Positions 46,580 to 56,679 of a DNA stretch of 64,000 bases are shown here, in pieces (within the stretch, counting starts at the first letter, position 1; each line of letters starts with the position of its first letter). The translations under genes were made by a program, and so were the position numbers. This stretch comes from Acidimicrobiia bacterium (GTDB lineage Bacteria > Actinomycetota > Acidimicrobiia > Spongiisociales > ZC4RG35), in contig OZ244034.1 of the NCBI GenBank assembly GCA_965215185.1, positions 448,001 through 512,000 of the forward strand, given 5' to 3'. The notes under the pieces were generated by a model. It made no database searches. It saw only the letters and a list, made by a program, of their open reading frames with translations, and was not told the DNA's origin.

Positions 46580-47926
46580 CTAATAGGTTGTGCGGCGGGC
46601 GGCGATATGGATCAGATCCCACACTCCCGAGAAGGGTGGGGCGTAGGCAAGGTCAGTCCAAGCCAGTTCGTGAGCGGTCATTTCGTTCCAGATGGCGGTG
46701 GCGAACACGTCTATTCTTTTGCCGGCGCCGGGTCCTCCCACGATCTGGGCGCCGAGAATCCGGTTGGTGGCTGCTTCTGCGATGACCCGAATGGTCATGG
46801 GGGAGGCCGCAGGCCAATATCCGGCGGTGGTGGTGCCCTGGGCGTCTCCGATCACGATCTGGTAACCGGCCTCCCGCGCTGACGCGCTGGTCAATCCGGT
46901 GGAGGCGATTTCCAGGTCGCAGACCTTGGTGATGGCCGTTCCCAGCACCCCTGGGAACTCGGCTTTGCCACCGCCGATATTTATGCCGGCCACCCGTCCG
47001 GTTTTGTTCGCGATCGTTCCCAAGTGGTAGTTGACCGGCTTTCCCGTTATCCGATGAATGGCTTGAGAACAGTCGCCTGCCGACCACACTCCCTCGACCT
47101 CGGTGCGCTGGCGCCTGTCCACCGCGATGCCTCCGCTGTTCCCGATCGGTATGCCGGCATGAAGGGCCAGTTCGGTCTCTGGTCGAGACCCAAGTCCCAG
47201 CACCACCAGGTTGGCAGGAATAGTTTCGTCTTCACACCCCACACTTTCAACTTTTTCTCTGCCATTGATGCAATTCACACGCATGCCGGTAATCACTCTG
47301 ATCCCCATGTCCTCCAGGGCTTTAACCACTTGCCGGCCAAGATCCGGGTCGAGGGTACGGTCCAACACCGCTTGCCCGGATGTGATCACCACCACCGGAA
47401 ATCCCCGATGATGGAAGGCTTCGGCGGTCTCCAGTCCGATGTACCCGCCTCCGATAACCACCACCGGACCGGTAGGGCCGTCGGCTCGTTGGCGCAGCCA
47501 GGCGGCGTCGTCGAGGGTGCGCAACTCTGATACACACCGAAGGCCTATTCCCTCGATGGGCGGGCGGACTGCGGTAGCCCCGGTTGCCACCAATAGCTGA
47601 TCGAAGTCGAGATGGTAGGTGGAGCCGTTTTGTATGTCCCGCGCCGTCACCTGGCGGGTATCCAAATCAATCTCGAGCGCTTCATGGCGGATGCGAACCT
47701 CGATATCCCGGTCGCGAAACTGCTGGGGAGTACGGGCCACCAGTCGTTCCAGCGGATCGACGTAGCCGGCTACGTGGTATGGCTCTCCGCAAGCCGAGTA
47801 GGAGACGTAGGAAGAACGCTCCAGGGCGATAATCTGCAAATCATCGGCCGACCGGCGGCGACGCGCCTGACTGGCTGCCGACATTCCGGCGGCGTCCCCT
47901 CCGATCACCACCAGTCGTTCGGTCAC
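46580..47926 (-). CDS. CoA-disulfide reductase/NADH oxidase family flavoprotein
   Basis: GGDAAGMSAA, SYSACG redox Cys, GGGYIGLE, AGDC, DLAYAPPFS. Confidence 0.9.
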   Translation of the reverse strand: MTERLVVIGGDAAGMSAASQARRRRSADDLQIIALERSSYVSYSACGEPYHVAGYVDPLERLVARTPQQFRDRDIEVRIRHEALEIDLDTRQVTARDIQNGSTYHLDFDQLLVATGATAVRPPIEGIGLRCVSELRTLDDAAWLRQRADGPTGPVVVIGGGYIGLETAEAFHHRGFPVVVITSGQAVLDRTLDPDLGRQVVKALEDMGIRVITGMRVNCINGREKVESVGCEDETIPANLVVLGLGSRPETELALHAGIPIGNSGGIAVDRRQRTEVEGVWSAGDCSQAIHRITGKPVNYHLGTIANKTGRVAGINIGGGKAEFPGVLGTAITKVCDLEIASTGLTSASAREAGYQIVIGDAQGTTTAGYWPAASPMTIRVIAEAATNRILGAQIVGGPGAGKRIDVFATAIWNEMTAHELAWTDLAYAPPFSGVWDLIHIAARRTTY

Positions 47927-48228
47927 TCTTTTCCTTCAGCCCGTTTCTTGCGCCGGCGACGCCACAGCACCAGGGTTTCCCACACCACGATGGCGGCCAC
48001 TGCCACCGCTGCCATCAGGAGGATCATCGGGTATTCGCCGCTCCACCAAAACAGATTGACTTGCACGGAGTGGGAATTCTGGATGACGAACCAGATCAAG
48101 AGCAGGGCCAGCGCCCCGCCGCCGGCTACCTTCCAGGGAAAGGAGGATTTCTCCTTGTGGCTTTCAACCGTTGGTGGAACCGGGGCGGGTAATTGTCCCT
48201 CTGTAGTTTTCTGGTCACGGTCTTTCAT
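47923..48228 (-). CDS. LapA/DUF1049-like small membrane protein
   Basis: LLLIWFVIQNSHSVQVNLFWW, a second TM and a basic tail. Confidence 0.8.
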   Translation of the reverse strand: MKDRDQKTTEGQLPAPVPPTVESHKEKSSFPWKVAGGGALALLLIWFVIQNSHSVQVNLFWWSGEYPMILLMAAVAVAAIVVWETLVLWRRRRKKRAEGKE

Positions 48229-48422
48229 CTCTTAAGATTCAATTGTATAGACCTTGTTTAGACGTATTCCCCGGTTTGGGCGTGAGGGCAGGTGAGCCCA
48301 GGGCCATCGGACGCGCGGCCGGGAGTGCGGTCCATAACGGCTGTCGGGCTGGAAAACGGCTTTATGTGAGTTTTGTCAACAATTCGGCTATAACGGCGTG
48401 GGAATAAGATTAAAGAAGACAC

Positions 48423-49394
48423 ATGGCAAATCAGTCTGACCGAAACATGGAAGAACCACCGACGGCCGAGCCGGAGGTGATGGAAGCCGGGGCGCCTGCT
48501 CAGAAAGGACGCTTGCGCCGGAGTTTCGGATCCTTGGGCTCTTTTACGTTCTGGGTGCGCCTGGGAGTGGGGTTAGTGATCCTGGGAACAGGGGTCCTGA
48601 TCGGGCTAGGGATTGCCTGGTTCATAGACGACCGAGGCGCCGATGATTACGGGCGCCGGGATGGGGAGTTCTTTGCCTTCCGAGTGGACCCCTCCGGAGA
48701 GTGGATGGGCGGGCGGGGGTTTCGATTGGATGGAGAACCTTTCCCACTTCCCCGGGTTCCCGGCGGACCATCCGATTGGCAACAGGACCCCAATCCCGGG
48801 GATTACCCCGAGCGGGGGCCCAAAGGCTTTTTCAAGGATGACTCCCAGCGGCAGCGAGAGGGCTTGAAGAAGGAATGGCCCCAAGATGATGAGTCCACCT
48901 TAAAGGGTTTCGCCGACGAGAAAGGCTTCTATATCCCAGATGAAGCACTGGAGTTGGTTGAAGAACTCATCGACAAGTTGAAGCAACTAATCGACAAGGT
49001 AGTGGAGTATCTGGAAGAGGGACGATTCGGTCCCCCCATGGAATGGCCGAAGGGGTTCTTCGGTGGCGACGGTGGCCTTTGGAATGGTGATGAACAGGAT
49101 GAGGACCGCCCGGGGGACCGGGGAGACGAGGATGGGGTTGAGGAATACCAGGAAAGTGATGACGAAGGATCAGACGGCCCGTTTTCGGGTACTGGCTTTC
49201 TGTTCGGAAAATTCTTGCCAGGCTTGGCGTTCTTGGAGGACTGTGAACTCGACTTCCAAAGCCTCCTAGGAGTTCTGGAAGATCTTCCGAACTTCGAGGA
49301 CGGGCAAGTCGAAGGCGAGGAGGATCCGGATGACTTCTTTGGGCAGTTTGACGAGTTGTTCGAAGAGGCTTGCGCAACGCCGTCTGAGGGCTGA
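48423..49394 (+). CDS. Hypothetical single-TM protein with an acidic, Gly/Phe-rich domain
   Basis: 323-aa ORF, one TM, low-complexity acidic C-terminus. Confidence 0.65.
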   Translation: MANQSDRNMEEPPTAEPEVMEAGAPAQKGRLRRSFGSLGSFTFWVRLGVGLVILGTGVLIGLGIAWFIDDRGADDYGRRDGEFFAFRVDPSGEWMGGRGFRLDGEPFPLPRVPGGPSDWQQDPNPGDYPERGPKGFFKDDSQRQREGLKKEWPQDDESTLKGFADEKGFYIPDEALELVEELIDKLKQLIDKVVEYLEEGRFGPPMEWPKGFFGGDGGLWNGDEQDEDRPGDRGDEDGVEEYQESDDEGSDGPFSGTGFLFGKFLPGLAFLEDCELDFQSLLGVLEDLPNFEDGQVEGEEDPDDFFGQFDELFEEACATPSEG

Positions 49395-49573
49395 GGCTCG
49401 CTGCGGGTCTAATCGAAACGCCTGGTACGGTGTAACCCGGCCCACCGGAGTGGTCTTAACGAGCAACGACTTTCTGTAAGAAGCACTACGAAATCTTTCC
49501 CTACGGGTGCCAAGTGGTCTTGAGGCGGTTAGCTTAAACTGGAAGCAAACGGCCCCTTTAGAAGGAGGAAACC

Positions 49574-51031
49574 TTGACGCCCAAGAAATTTGATTCCGAG
49601 GTAACCCGTCGCCAGTTCCTAGGCAAGAGCTCGGCGTTGTTGAGCTTTGCGGCTATGGGTGGTCTTTCCACTCTGTTGTCGGCGTGCGGGGACGATGCGG
49701 TCCCCGGTACAACTGCCGCGCCCGGTACAACTGCCGCCCCCGGTACAACTGCGGCCCCCGGTACAACTGCGGCCCCCGCTACAACGGCTGCGCCGACCAC
49801 TATTGCGGCCGCCAGCGGCCCGAATGGCCAACTGGGAGTGTTGATCGGGACGCACATGGATCCGGTCAAGCAGTTGCTTGCGCAATACGAAGGAACTTAC
49901 GGATACGCTCCCGATGTAGAAGAGGTCACCACTCCCGATCTCAGAAGCAAGCTGACTACCTCTTTCCTGGCGCAGAGTTCTCCTTGGGATGCGGTTTTCG
50001 TCACAGCCGAGCTAGGCGCCGAACTCAGCAACCGGGAATGGCTCATCAACGCCAGTTCCTTTATGAATGAGCGGGTCCGCTCTGAGCCGGACCTTCTGAC
50101 CAGAGGAATGGGAGCGGTCGAGTTTGGTGGCCAGACCTGGGCGGTTCCCTGGACCATGGGCAGCCAGCTGCTGCACTGGAACAAGAAGCTGATGGAAGAT
50201 GCCGGGCTGGACCCGGACGCCCCGGCCGACTGGCATTCCACTCCCAACTCCTGGGACACCTTTATTGAATACGGCAAAGCTATGACCGGAGAGCGGGATG
50301 GCGTGCAGTACTACGGGTACACCGATGCCTGGGCTGACAAGCACGTTCTGTGGACCTGGGGCGGCATGCTCCACATGCATGGCGGCGCCTTCCTGGATGA
50401 GGAACAGCAGCCATCCTGGAATAGCGAAGCCGGGGTAGAAGCGCTTCAGAAGCTTCATGACCTGCTTCATGTCCATCAATGCATCGATCCGGCGGTCAGC
50501 ACCTACACGTGGGTGTTCGACGCCACCCCCGGGTTCTTTGATGGGACTCGTGGCATGTTCATCTCCTGGCCGTTCGTGGCGGGAGTGGCGGCCATCCCTG
50601 AGGCAGCCCCCGGGCTCGCCGGGCACAGTGCGTTTGCGCCCAACCCGGCAGTGGTAACCAGCGGGTCTGTGGACGGATCCGAGTTCTTCGGAGTCCCGGT
50701 CTATGCGGAGAACCAAGAGGATGCCTGGCAACTGTTGGAGTTGATCTCCTCACGCGAGGGCCAGCGGGTAGTCGCGATGGGCGGATGGGGTTCCATCTAC
50801 AGTGGAGTGCTCAACGAGCCCGAAATTGTTGAAGCCTTCCCCTTCTATCCGGCGCTGGCCAAGGCTTACGAGTATCCGGTTGAAGGAGGATGGTCGGAGG
50901 ATCGTCCTCGCTGGACGCAGTTCCTTGCTGATGAGATCCATGAGGTGTTGGCGCAGAAGAAGTCACCGAAACAGGCTCTGGACGACGCGACGGCGGCCGC
51001 TTTGGAAGCTCGTAAGCAGGACGAAGCGTAA
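49574..51031 (+). CDS. Tat-exported carbohydrate-type ABC substrate-binding lipoprotein
   Basis: TRRQFL Tat motif, LSAC lipobox, PGTTAA linker, WAVPW...L.WNK.L..AG; SD AAGGAGG before the TTG. Confidence 0.9.
   Translation: MTPKKFDSEVTRRQFLGKSSALLSFAAMGGLSTLLSACGDDAVPGTTAAPGTTAAPGTTAAPGTTAAPATTAAPTTIAAASGPNGQLGVLIGTHMDPVKQLLAQYEGTYGYAPDVEEVTTPDLRSKLTTSFLAQSSPWDAVFVTAELGAELSNREWLINASSFMNERVRSEPDLLTRGMGAVEFGGQTWAVPWTMGSQLLHWNKKLMEDAGLDPDAPADWHSTPNSWDTFIEYGKAMTGERDGVQYYGYTDAWADKHVLWTWGGMLHMHGGAFLDEEQQPSWNSEAGVEALQKLHDLLHVHQCIDPAVSTYTWVFDATPGFFDGTRGMFISWPFVAGVAAIPEAAPGLAGHSAFAPNPAVVTSGSVDGSEFFGVPVYAENQEDAWQLLELISSREGQRVVAMGGWGSIYSGVLNEPEIVEAFPFYPALAKAYEYPVEGGWSEDRPRWTQFLADEIHEVLAQKKSPKQALDDATAAALEARKQDEA
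49703..49792 (+). repeat. Five in-frame 18-bp tandem repeats (PGTTAA linker)
   Basis: cccggtacaactgc(c/g)gc(g/c) four times plus one diverged unit. Confidence 0.95.
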
Positions 51032-51047
51032 AACCTCGCTCGACTCC

Positions 51048-51986
51048 ATGACCTCCCGGATGCAGGTGGTCGAGAATCGGGTTAGTCGCTCTCGCCGCCG
51101 CGGTCGTTTGATCGCGGCGGCGATGGCGGCCCCCGCGGTGCTGCTCGTGGGTGCCGTTTACGCCTACCCGGCGGTCTCCACTCTCATCTACAGCGTCACA
51201 AAAATCGATCTGGCGCCCCGCTTCCAGATCGAGCGTTTTGTCTGGTTCCGGAACTTCATCAACCAGTTGACCAATTCCGCCTTTTGGGAGGCGACCTGGA
51301 TCACTCTCTATTTCGGGGTGATGCTCTGTTTGGTAACGGTTGTGTGTTCCTTTCTCATAGCCCTGCTTCTGAACAAAACCTTCTTCGGTCGCGGCCTCTT
51401 GCGGGTTACCGTGTTGCTCCCTTGGGCGGTACCGCCGGTGGCTTCGGGGGTGCTGTGGGTACAGATGTTCCATGCCGAGTTCGGATTCCTGAACGGGTTG
51501 ATCCGGGCGTTTGGTGGTGAGGGAGGCATCATATGGCTGGGGGGTTCGACTATCGCCCTCCATTCAGTCCTGATCGCCGAGGTGTGGCGTTGGATACCCT
51601 TTGCGACCCTGTTCATCCTGGCCGGGTTGCAGATCGTTCCCCGAGCTGTCCGGGAGGCGGCTGCCATCGACGGCGCCGGACCATGGCGGGGTTTTCGTCA
51701 TGTCACCTTCCCGCTCATGCTTCCGGTGGTGGTTCCGGTGGTGATCTTCCTGTTTGTCTGGGCTATGAAAGTGTTCGATACCATCTTCGTCTTGACCCGC
51801 GGCGGCCCTAGCCGCGGTACCACTACCCTCAACTTCCTCACCTACCGGCAGGGGTTCGAGCAGTTCGACTTCGGGAGCGCCGCGGCCACCGCCTACCTGC
51901 TGTCGGCTCTCACCGTGTTGGTGATTGCCGGTCTGAGTTGGATGCTGGTCCGGTCCCGTCGGCTGGCGGGTGTGTACGGTGACTAG
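51048..51986 (+). CDS. Carbohydrate ABC transporter permease
   Basis: LLPWAVPPV, W.W.PF..L.ILAGLQ.VP, EAAAIDGA, FDTIFVLTRGGP. Confidence 0.92.
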   Translation: MTSRMQVVENRVSRSRRRGRLIAAAMAAPAVLLVGAVYAYPAVSTLIYSVTKIDLAPRFQIERFVWFRNFINQLTNSAFWEATWITLYFGVMLCLVTVVCSFLIALLLNKTFFGRGLLRVTVLLPWAVPPVASGVLWVQMFHAEFGFLNGLIRAFGGEGGIIWLGGSTIALHSVLIAEVWRWIPFATLFILAGLQIVPRAVREAAAIDGAGPWRGFRHVTFPLMLPVVVPVVIFLFVWAMKVFDTIFVLTRGGPSRGTTTLNFLTYRQGFEQFDFGSAAATAYLLSALTVLVIAGLSWMLVRSRRLAGVYGD

Positions 51987-52830
51987 CCCCGGCCGCAGGT
52001 CGATCGTCAAGCGCTTCAAACGCCTGACGACCTACGCTGCCGCCGTCTTGGTATTGGTGGTGATGGCCTTCCCCCTCTACGGGATCATCCTGACCAGCAT
52101 TCAGACCGAACCCGACATCCGATCGCGGGACGTGGCGTTTGTGCCTACCTATATTGAAACCGAGCATTACCAGCGAATATTTGACGAGGCTTCGGGAATT
52201 CCCGTAGCAGAGTCGATGGTCAACAGTCTGGTGGTGGCGATCGCCACCGCCTTCCTGACGGTCGCTATCGCTGTGCCTGCCGCCTACGCGTTGAATCGGA
52301 TGGGGGTCCCGGGGGCGAGAGTCATCCTGGCTGGATTTGCGGCGATCTACATTCTCCCCACGCTGTTGTTCGTGTTGCCGTTGTTCATCACTGTCGTACA
52401 GTTGGGACTGTACGACACCTACATAGGGCTGATCTTGCCCTATGTAGCGTTTACCCTGCCCTTCATGGTGTGGATAATGGGTTCGTTTGTCCGGTCGATA
52501 CCGGTGGAGGTGGAAGAGATGGCCAGGACTGACGGCGCCGGACTTCCTCAGTTGATTTTCCGCATCGTCATCCCGCTGCTTCGTCCAGGCATCTTTGCCG
52601 GATTGCTTCTGGGTTTCATATTGGCCTGGGTGGAGTTTTTGACTCCGTTGCTCTTCACCAGCAATCTTTCCATGCTCACCGTGACGTTGGGATTGTTCCG
52701 GTCCACCATGGACATCGCTATCGGGCAACTGGCGGCCGCCACCGTGATAACCGCCTTGCCGGTGATCCTCATCACCGCCTTTTTCCAGCGCAATATCAGC
52801 GAAGTCATCACCGCCGGGGTGGACCGATGA
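51979..52830 (+). CDS. Carbohydrate ABC transporter permease
   Basis: NSLVVA, AAYAL.R, IPVEVEEMARTDGA, IVIPLLRPGI, AW.EFL. Confidence 0.92.
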   Translation: MTSPGRRSIVKRFKRLTTYAAAVLVLVVMAFPLYGIILTSIQTEPDIRSRDVAFVPTYIETEHYQRIFDEASGIPVAESMVNSLVVAIATAFLTVAIAVPAAYALNRMGVPGARVILAGFAAIYILPTLLFVLPLFITVVQLGLYDTYIGLILPYVAFTLPFMVWIMGSFVRSIPVEVEEMARTDGAGLPQLIFRIVIPLLRPGIFAGLLLGFILAWVEFLTPLLFTSNLSMLTVTLGLFRSTMDIAIGQLAAATVITALPVILITAFFQRNISEVITAGVDR

Positions 52831-52892
52831 TGCGTGCGATCAACTACCAGGGGGAACCTTTTGTCCTTTGACAACCTGAGAGGAGTCAACAG

Positions 52893-53654
52893 ATGCCGAA
52901 TCAGATAGACGTAGTCATCCAGCCGGTGGTGCTGAGGTTTAGCTTGTTGGATGACGAGGTCGTCTACTTCTTCGCGGCCGACACCGAGGCAGTCCTGGAC
53001 CGCATGGAGTTGATGATGGGCATTAATCCGGAGGAAGACACGCTGTTCGACTCCAACCTGGGATTCTTGCCGGTATCCACCACGGTGTTGATCAGAGGTG
53101 AGAAGAACATCCTGGTCGATCCCGGCAACCATCACACCGGCTTCTACGGGCAACTTGCCATCGGACTGAAGCGCTTCGATCTGACGCCGGCAGAGATCGA
53201 CCTGGTGGTGTGCACTCATTGCCATCACGATCACATGGGCAGCGCCTTCCGCATTCCGGGCGCCGACATCGTGCTGGGGGAGGGCGAGGCGGATTTCTGC
53301 GAGGAGTTGTATGGAACGGCCGAGACCGAAGCGCGGCTGTCGGTGATGGGGTCCCTGATCGAGGTGGGCAGGGGACAAGAGTTGGAGTTAATGCCCGGAG
53401 TGGTGGCGATTTCCACCCCGGGGCACACCCCCGGTCATATCAGCGTGATGGCCGAGAATGAAGAGGGGGAACGGGTGATAGTGGCCGGTGACACGGTGAT
53501 GACCCGCCGGGAGTACTCGGAGCGTTCGTTTTCCCACTGGTACACCGATGATCAATTGCGAGGACTTCACTCCAGCCTGGACCGGATTCATTCCCTCCGG
53601 CCCAACACGGTAATGCCGGGCCACGATCGGGCTTTCGCTCCCCGGGAGCAATAG
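52893..53654 (+). CDS. Metallo-beta-lactamase-fold hydrolase
   Basis: LVDPG, THCHHDHMG, TPGHTPGHIS, AGD, MPGHD. Confidence 0.9.
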   Translation: MPNQIDVVIQPVVLRFSLLDDEVVYFFAADTEAVLDRMELMMGINPEEDTLFDSNLGFLPVSTTVLIRGEKNILVDPGNHHTGFYGQLAIGLKRFDLTPAEIDLVVCTHCHHDHMGSAFRIPGADIVLGEGEADFCEELYGTAETEARLSVMGSLIEVGRGQELELMPGVVAISTPGHTPGHISVMAENEEGERVIVAGDTVMTRREYSERSFSHWYTDDQLRGLHSSLDRIHSLRPNTVMPGHDRAFAPREQ

Positions 53655-53655
53655 G

Positions 53656-54672
53656 ATGGCGCTCCTGCGGACCGCGGTAGTGGGAACGGGGGCCATCGGG
53701 TCGCTTCACGCCCGCATCTACGCCGAACATCCTCTTTCCCAGTTGGTAGGAATCGTCGACGCCAACCCCGAGACAGCTCAGACGGTGGCCGAAGGTTTGG
53801 GGGTGCCCTGGTTCACAAGCGTTTCGGATCTCATGGCTGCCTGCGATTTCGATGCCGCCTCGGTCTCGGTTCCCGAGCACTATCGCTACGAGACGGCCAT
53901 GCCTTTGGCCAGGGCCGGGAAGCACCTGCTGCTGGAGAAGCCGTTGGCGCCCACCTTGAATGAGGTGGACCGGTTGGTGACCGATTTGCGGGCCACCGGG
54001 GTGCTCACCATGGTGAATTTCATCCTCCGCTTCGATGCCCGGTATTCGGAGGCCAAGGCGGCGGCGGCGGCCGGCCAATTGGGGGAAATCAACACCATCT
54101 TCACCCGCCGCCGGGGCTCTTACCTGGGAGCTGATATCTATGGAGTCTGGACCGATCTATTGATCTCCACCGGCATACATGATCTGGACGCCATGGCCTG
54201 GTTGGCGGACTCCCCGGTCACCCGGGTGTATGCCGAAACCATCTCCCGCCGCCTGGCGCCCTACGGACATGACGATGCGGCCATGGTGATGGTGCGATTC
54301 GAAAGTGGGACGATCGGGGTGTTGGAGACCAGTTGGGTGCTGCCCACGTCAGTACCTGCTCCGTTGGATGCCTCCCTGCAGGCGGTAGGAACCGAAGGCG
54401 GAGTATTCATCGACGGGTCCAATCACGGATTGTCCGTGGTGGGCGGCGATCGCTATTCCATGCCCGACCTCGCCCACTGGCCGATAGTGCGGGGCCGGGT
54501 GGGAGGAGACCTGGCCGCCTCGCTGGATCACTTCATTTGCTCGGTGAGGGCGGGCGTCGCTCCCCAAATGACTCTCGAACAGGCCCGCCACGCCCATGCC
54601 ATGGTGGATGCCGCCAAGCGCTCGGCGGCTGTCAACGCACCAGTGGGGCTAACTCCACCGCCCTGCGGATAG
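53656..54672 (+). CDS. Gfo/Idh/MocA family oxidoreductase
   Basis: GTGAIG..HA, AGKHLLLEKPLA, IHDLD. Confidence 0.9.
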   Translation: MALLRTAVVGTGAIGSLHARIYAEHPLSQLVGIVDANPETAQTVAEGLGVPWFTSVSDLMAACDFDAASVSVPEHYRYETAMPLARAGKHLLLEKPLAPTLNEVDRLVTDLRATGVLTMVNFILRFDARYSEAKAAAAAGQLGEINTIFTRRRGSYLGADIYGVWTDLLISTGIHDLDAMAWLADSPVTRVYAETISRRLAPYGHDDAAMVMVRFESGTIGVLETSWVLPTSVPAPLDASLQAVGTEGGVFIDGSNHGLSVVGGDRYSMPDLAHWPIVRGRVGGDLAASLDHFICSVRAGVAPQMTLEQARHAHAMVDAAKRSAAVNAPVGLTPPPCG

Positions 54673-54687
54673 GGGCGGCGGTCGCCG

Positions 54688-56151
54688 ATGGTAAAGCCCA
54701 GGATTGGGGTGGCGTCTCTGGTTCAGGAGACCAACACCTTCAGTCCCAAACCCACGGTATGGGAAGACTTCACCGTCCTGTGGGGCAGGGAGGCGGAGGA
54801 GGCTTTGGTGAATACCAACACGGAGTTTGCCGGAGCCATGGCGGAAGTCGGGCGGTTGGGGGTGGAACCGATTCCCCTGATCGCAGCATGGGCTATTCCT
54901 TCGGGACCCGTCACGGAGGAGACCTTCCAAAGACTGGTCGGATTGCTCGGCGACGCCTTGCAGAAGGCCGGTCCGCTCGATGGGCTGGTGTTGTCCCTCC
55001 ACGGAGCGATGGTTTCCGAAAACACATTTGACGCCGATTCGGTGCTCATAGAAATTGCCCGCAGGAGGATGGGCGGGGCACCGGTGGGGGTGTGCCTGGA
55101 TCTTCATGCCAACTTGACCGCCCGGATGGTGGAGTTGGCGGATGTGATGGTGGGGTATCACACCGAGCCGCATATCGACATGGGATCGACTGGGGAGCGA
55201 ATCGCCCGTCTGTTGGCTGCCACGGTGCGAAGCGAGATCACGCCTGCCATGGCGCTGGCCAAGAGGTCACTCCTGATCCCCGCCGAGGGGATGCGCACTG
55301 ACGTGGGTCCGATGTCGGAAGTCAGAAAAATGGCCGATGGTTTGACCAGGGATCGGATCTTGGATGTATCCCTCTTTCCTGTCCAACCTTGGTTGGATGT
55401 GCCAGAACTCGGCCTGGGAGTGCTGGTGGTTACCGACGACGATCACGAAGGCGCCTCTATGGTGGCCGAGGAGTTGGCATATGAGGTTTGGAGGCGGCGG
55501 GGAAGAATGATCACCCCTCGGATCCTTTCTACCTCGGTGGCTTTTGCGACCGCCCGCCTTTCATCGACCCGGCCGTTTGTGATGGCGCACACGGCCGACT
55601 GCCCCACTGCCGGGGCTTCCGGAGATGATCCGATACTGGTGACCGAAGCTGCTCGACACGGGGCCGACTTGAGAGTAATGCACTCGGTGTTGGACCCTGA
55701 CGCCGCCCGGCACTGTGCCCGCGCCGTGGGGACCAGAACGAGGGTCGAAGTGGGGGGAGGCATCAATCCCGCCGCCCACCCGGTGACCGTGGAGGGGTTG
55801 GTGACCGGTGCTGGAGCGGGGAGCTACCGGCTGACGGGATGTTCTTTTACCGGTAGGGAAGTATCGATGGGGGAGTGGGCCGTTCTCACTACGGGCCGCC
55901 ACCATCTTCTCATCTCTTCCCGGCCCGCCATTACCGCTGACCCGGCCACCTGGCGACACGCTGGCTTGGATCCTGACCGGACGGATGTGTTGGTCGTGCG
56001 ATCCTGTAGTGACTACCGGGCAAACTTCCCGTCGGCGGCCCCCGAGGCCATCACCCTTGACTTGCCCGGCGCCAGCGCCCCCCGCCTGGAGTATCTGCGC
56101 TTTGAGAACGCCCCCCGGCCCCTCTATCCTCTCGATCCAACTTTGATCTGA
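54688..56151 (+). CDS. M81 family metallopeptidase/deacylase (MlrC-like)
   Basis: QETNTFSP, LSLHGAM, LDLHAN, Y...PHIDM, AD.P..GA.GD. Confidence 0.88.
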   Translation: MVKPRIGVASLVQETNTFSPKPTVWEDFTVLWGREAEEALVNTNTEFAGAMAEVGRLGVEPIPLIAAWAIPSGPVTEETFQRLVGLLGDALQKAGPLDGLVLSLHGAMVSENTFDADSVLIEIARRRMGGAPVGVCLDLHANLTARMVELADVMVGYHTEPHIDMGSTGERIARLLAATVRSEITPAMALAKRSLLIPAEGMRTDVGPMSEVRKMADGLTRDRILDVSLFPVQPWLDVPELGLGVLVVTDDDHEGASMVAEELAYEVWRRRGRMITPRILSTSVAFATARLSSTRPFVMAHTADCPTAGASGDDPILVTEAARHGADLRVMHSVLDPDAARHCARAVGTRTRVEVGGGINPAAHPVTVEGLVTGAGAGSYRLTGCSFTGREVSMGEWAVLTTGRHHLLISSRPAITADPATWRHAGLDPDRTDVLVVRSCSDYRANFPSAAPEAITLDLPGASAPRLEYLRFENAPRPLYPLDPTLI

Positions 56152-56543
56152 ACCCCGCCGACACGCATGAACTAGTTGATTTCTCAACCGCTGTCCTCGT
56201 GATGGCGATCATCGAAAATCACCACCACCCGAATAAATCAGCAGAGTCCTAGGGCGGGTAGCGGCCTACCAAATGGCGTTGAACCAGGTCGGCATTTTGG
56301 AACGGGTAACACAGACCAAAGCCTGAACAGCCGGTGACGCGTTTTTGCTGTCCCCGACCGACACCCCCCACCCCCATCGCACCCCCGACGGCGGCAAACC
56401 CCTCAAAACCCCCAAATTCACGGTTTTGTGTACAAAATGTCAGGTTTCGAGCGACCGTACGGCGCGTTTCGGGCGACAAAAGGCCCATCAGGAGTGGTCA
56501 AACCGCGCCCCAGCAGTGGCCCGGCCGGCCTTTAATTGAGAAT

Positions 56544-56617
56544 ATCTGTGTTCCTACACGCGCGTAGGAACACAGATCCGGCTTTTGTTTCGTGTTCCTA
56601 CACGCGCGTAGGAACAC
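56544..56617. repeat. Two identical 26-bp palindromic units (REP-like)
   Basis: GTGTTCCTACACGCGCGTAGGAACAC at 56548-56573 and 56592-56617; the first extends to a 34-bp hairpin (14-bp stem). Confidence 0.85.
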
Positions 56618-56679
56618 AACCGCCGCCCTGCGGGCCGCTGTCCTGGGCATCGCCTGGTCCCTTTTTGGGTGCCTGGTTT

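Noticed and set aside
56548-56617. CRISPR array
   Set aside because: Only two units, an 18-nt spacer, a fully palindromic repeat, and no cas genes in the window.
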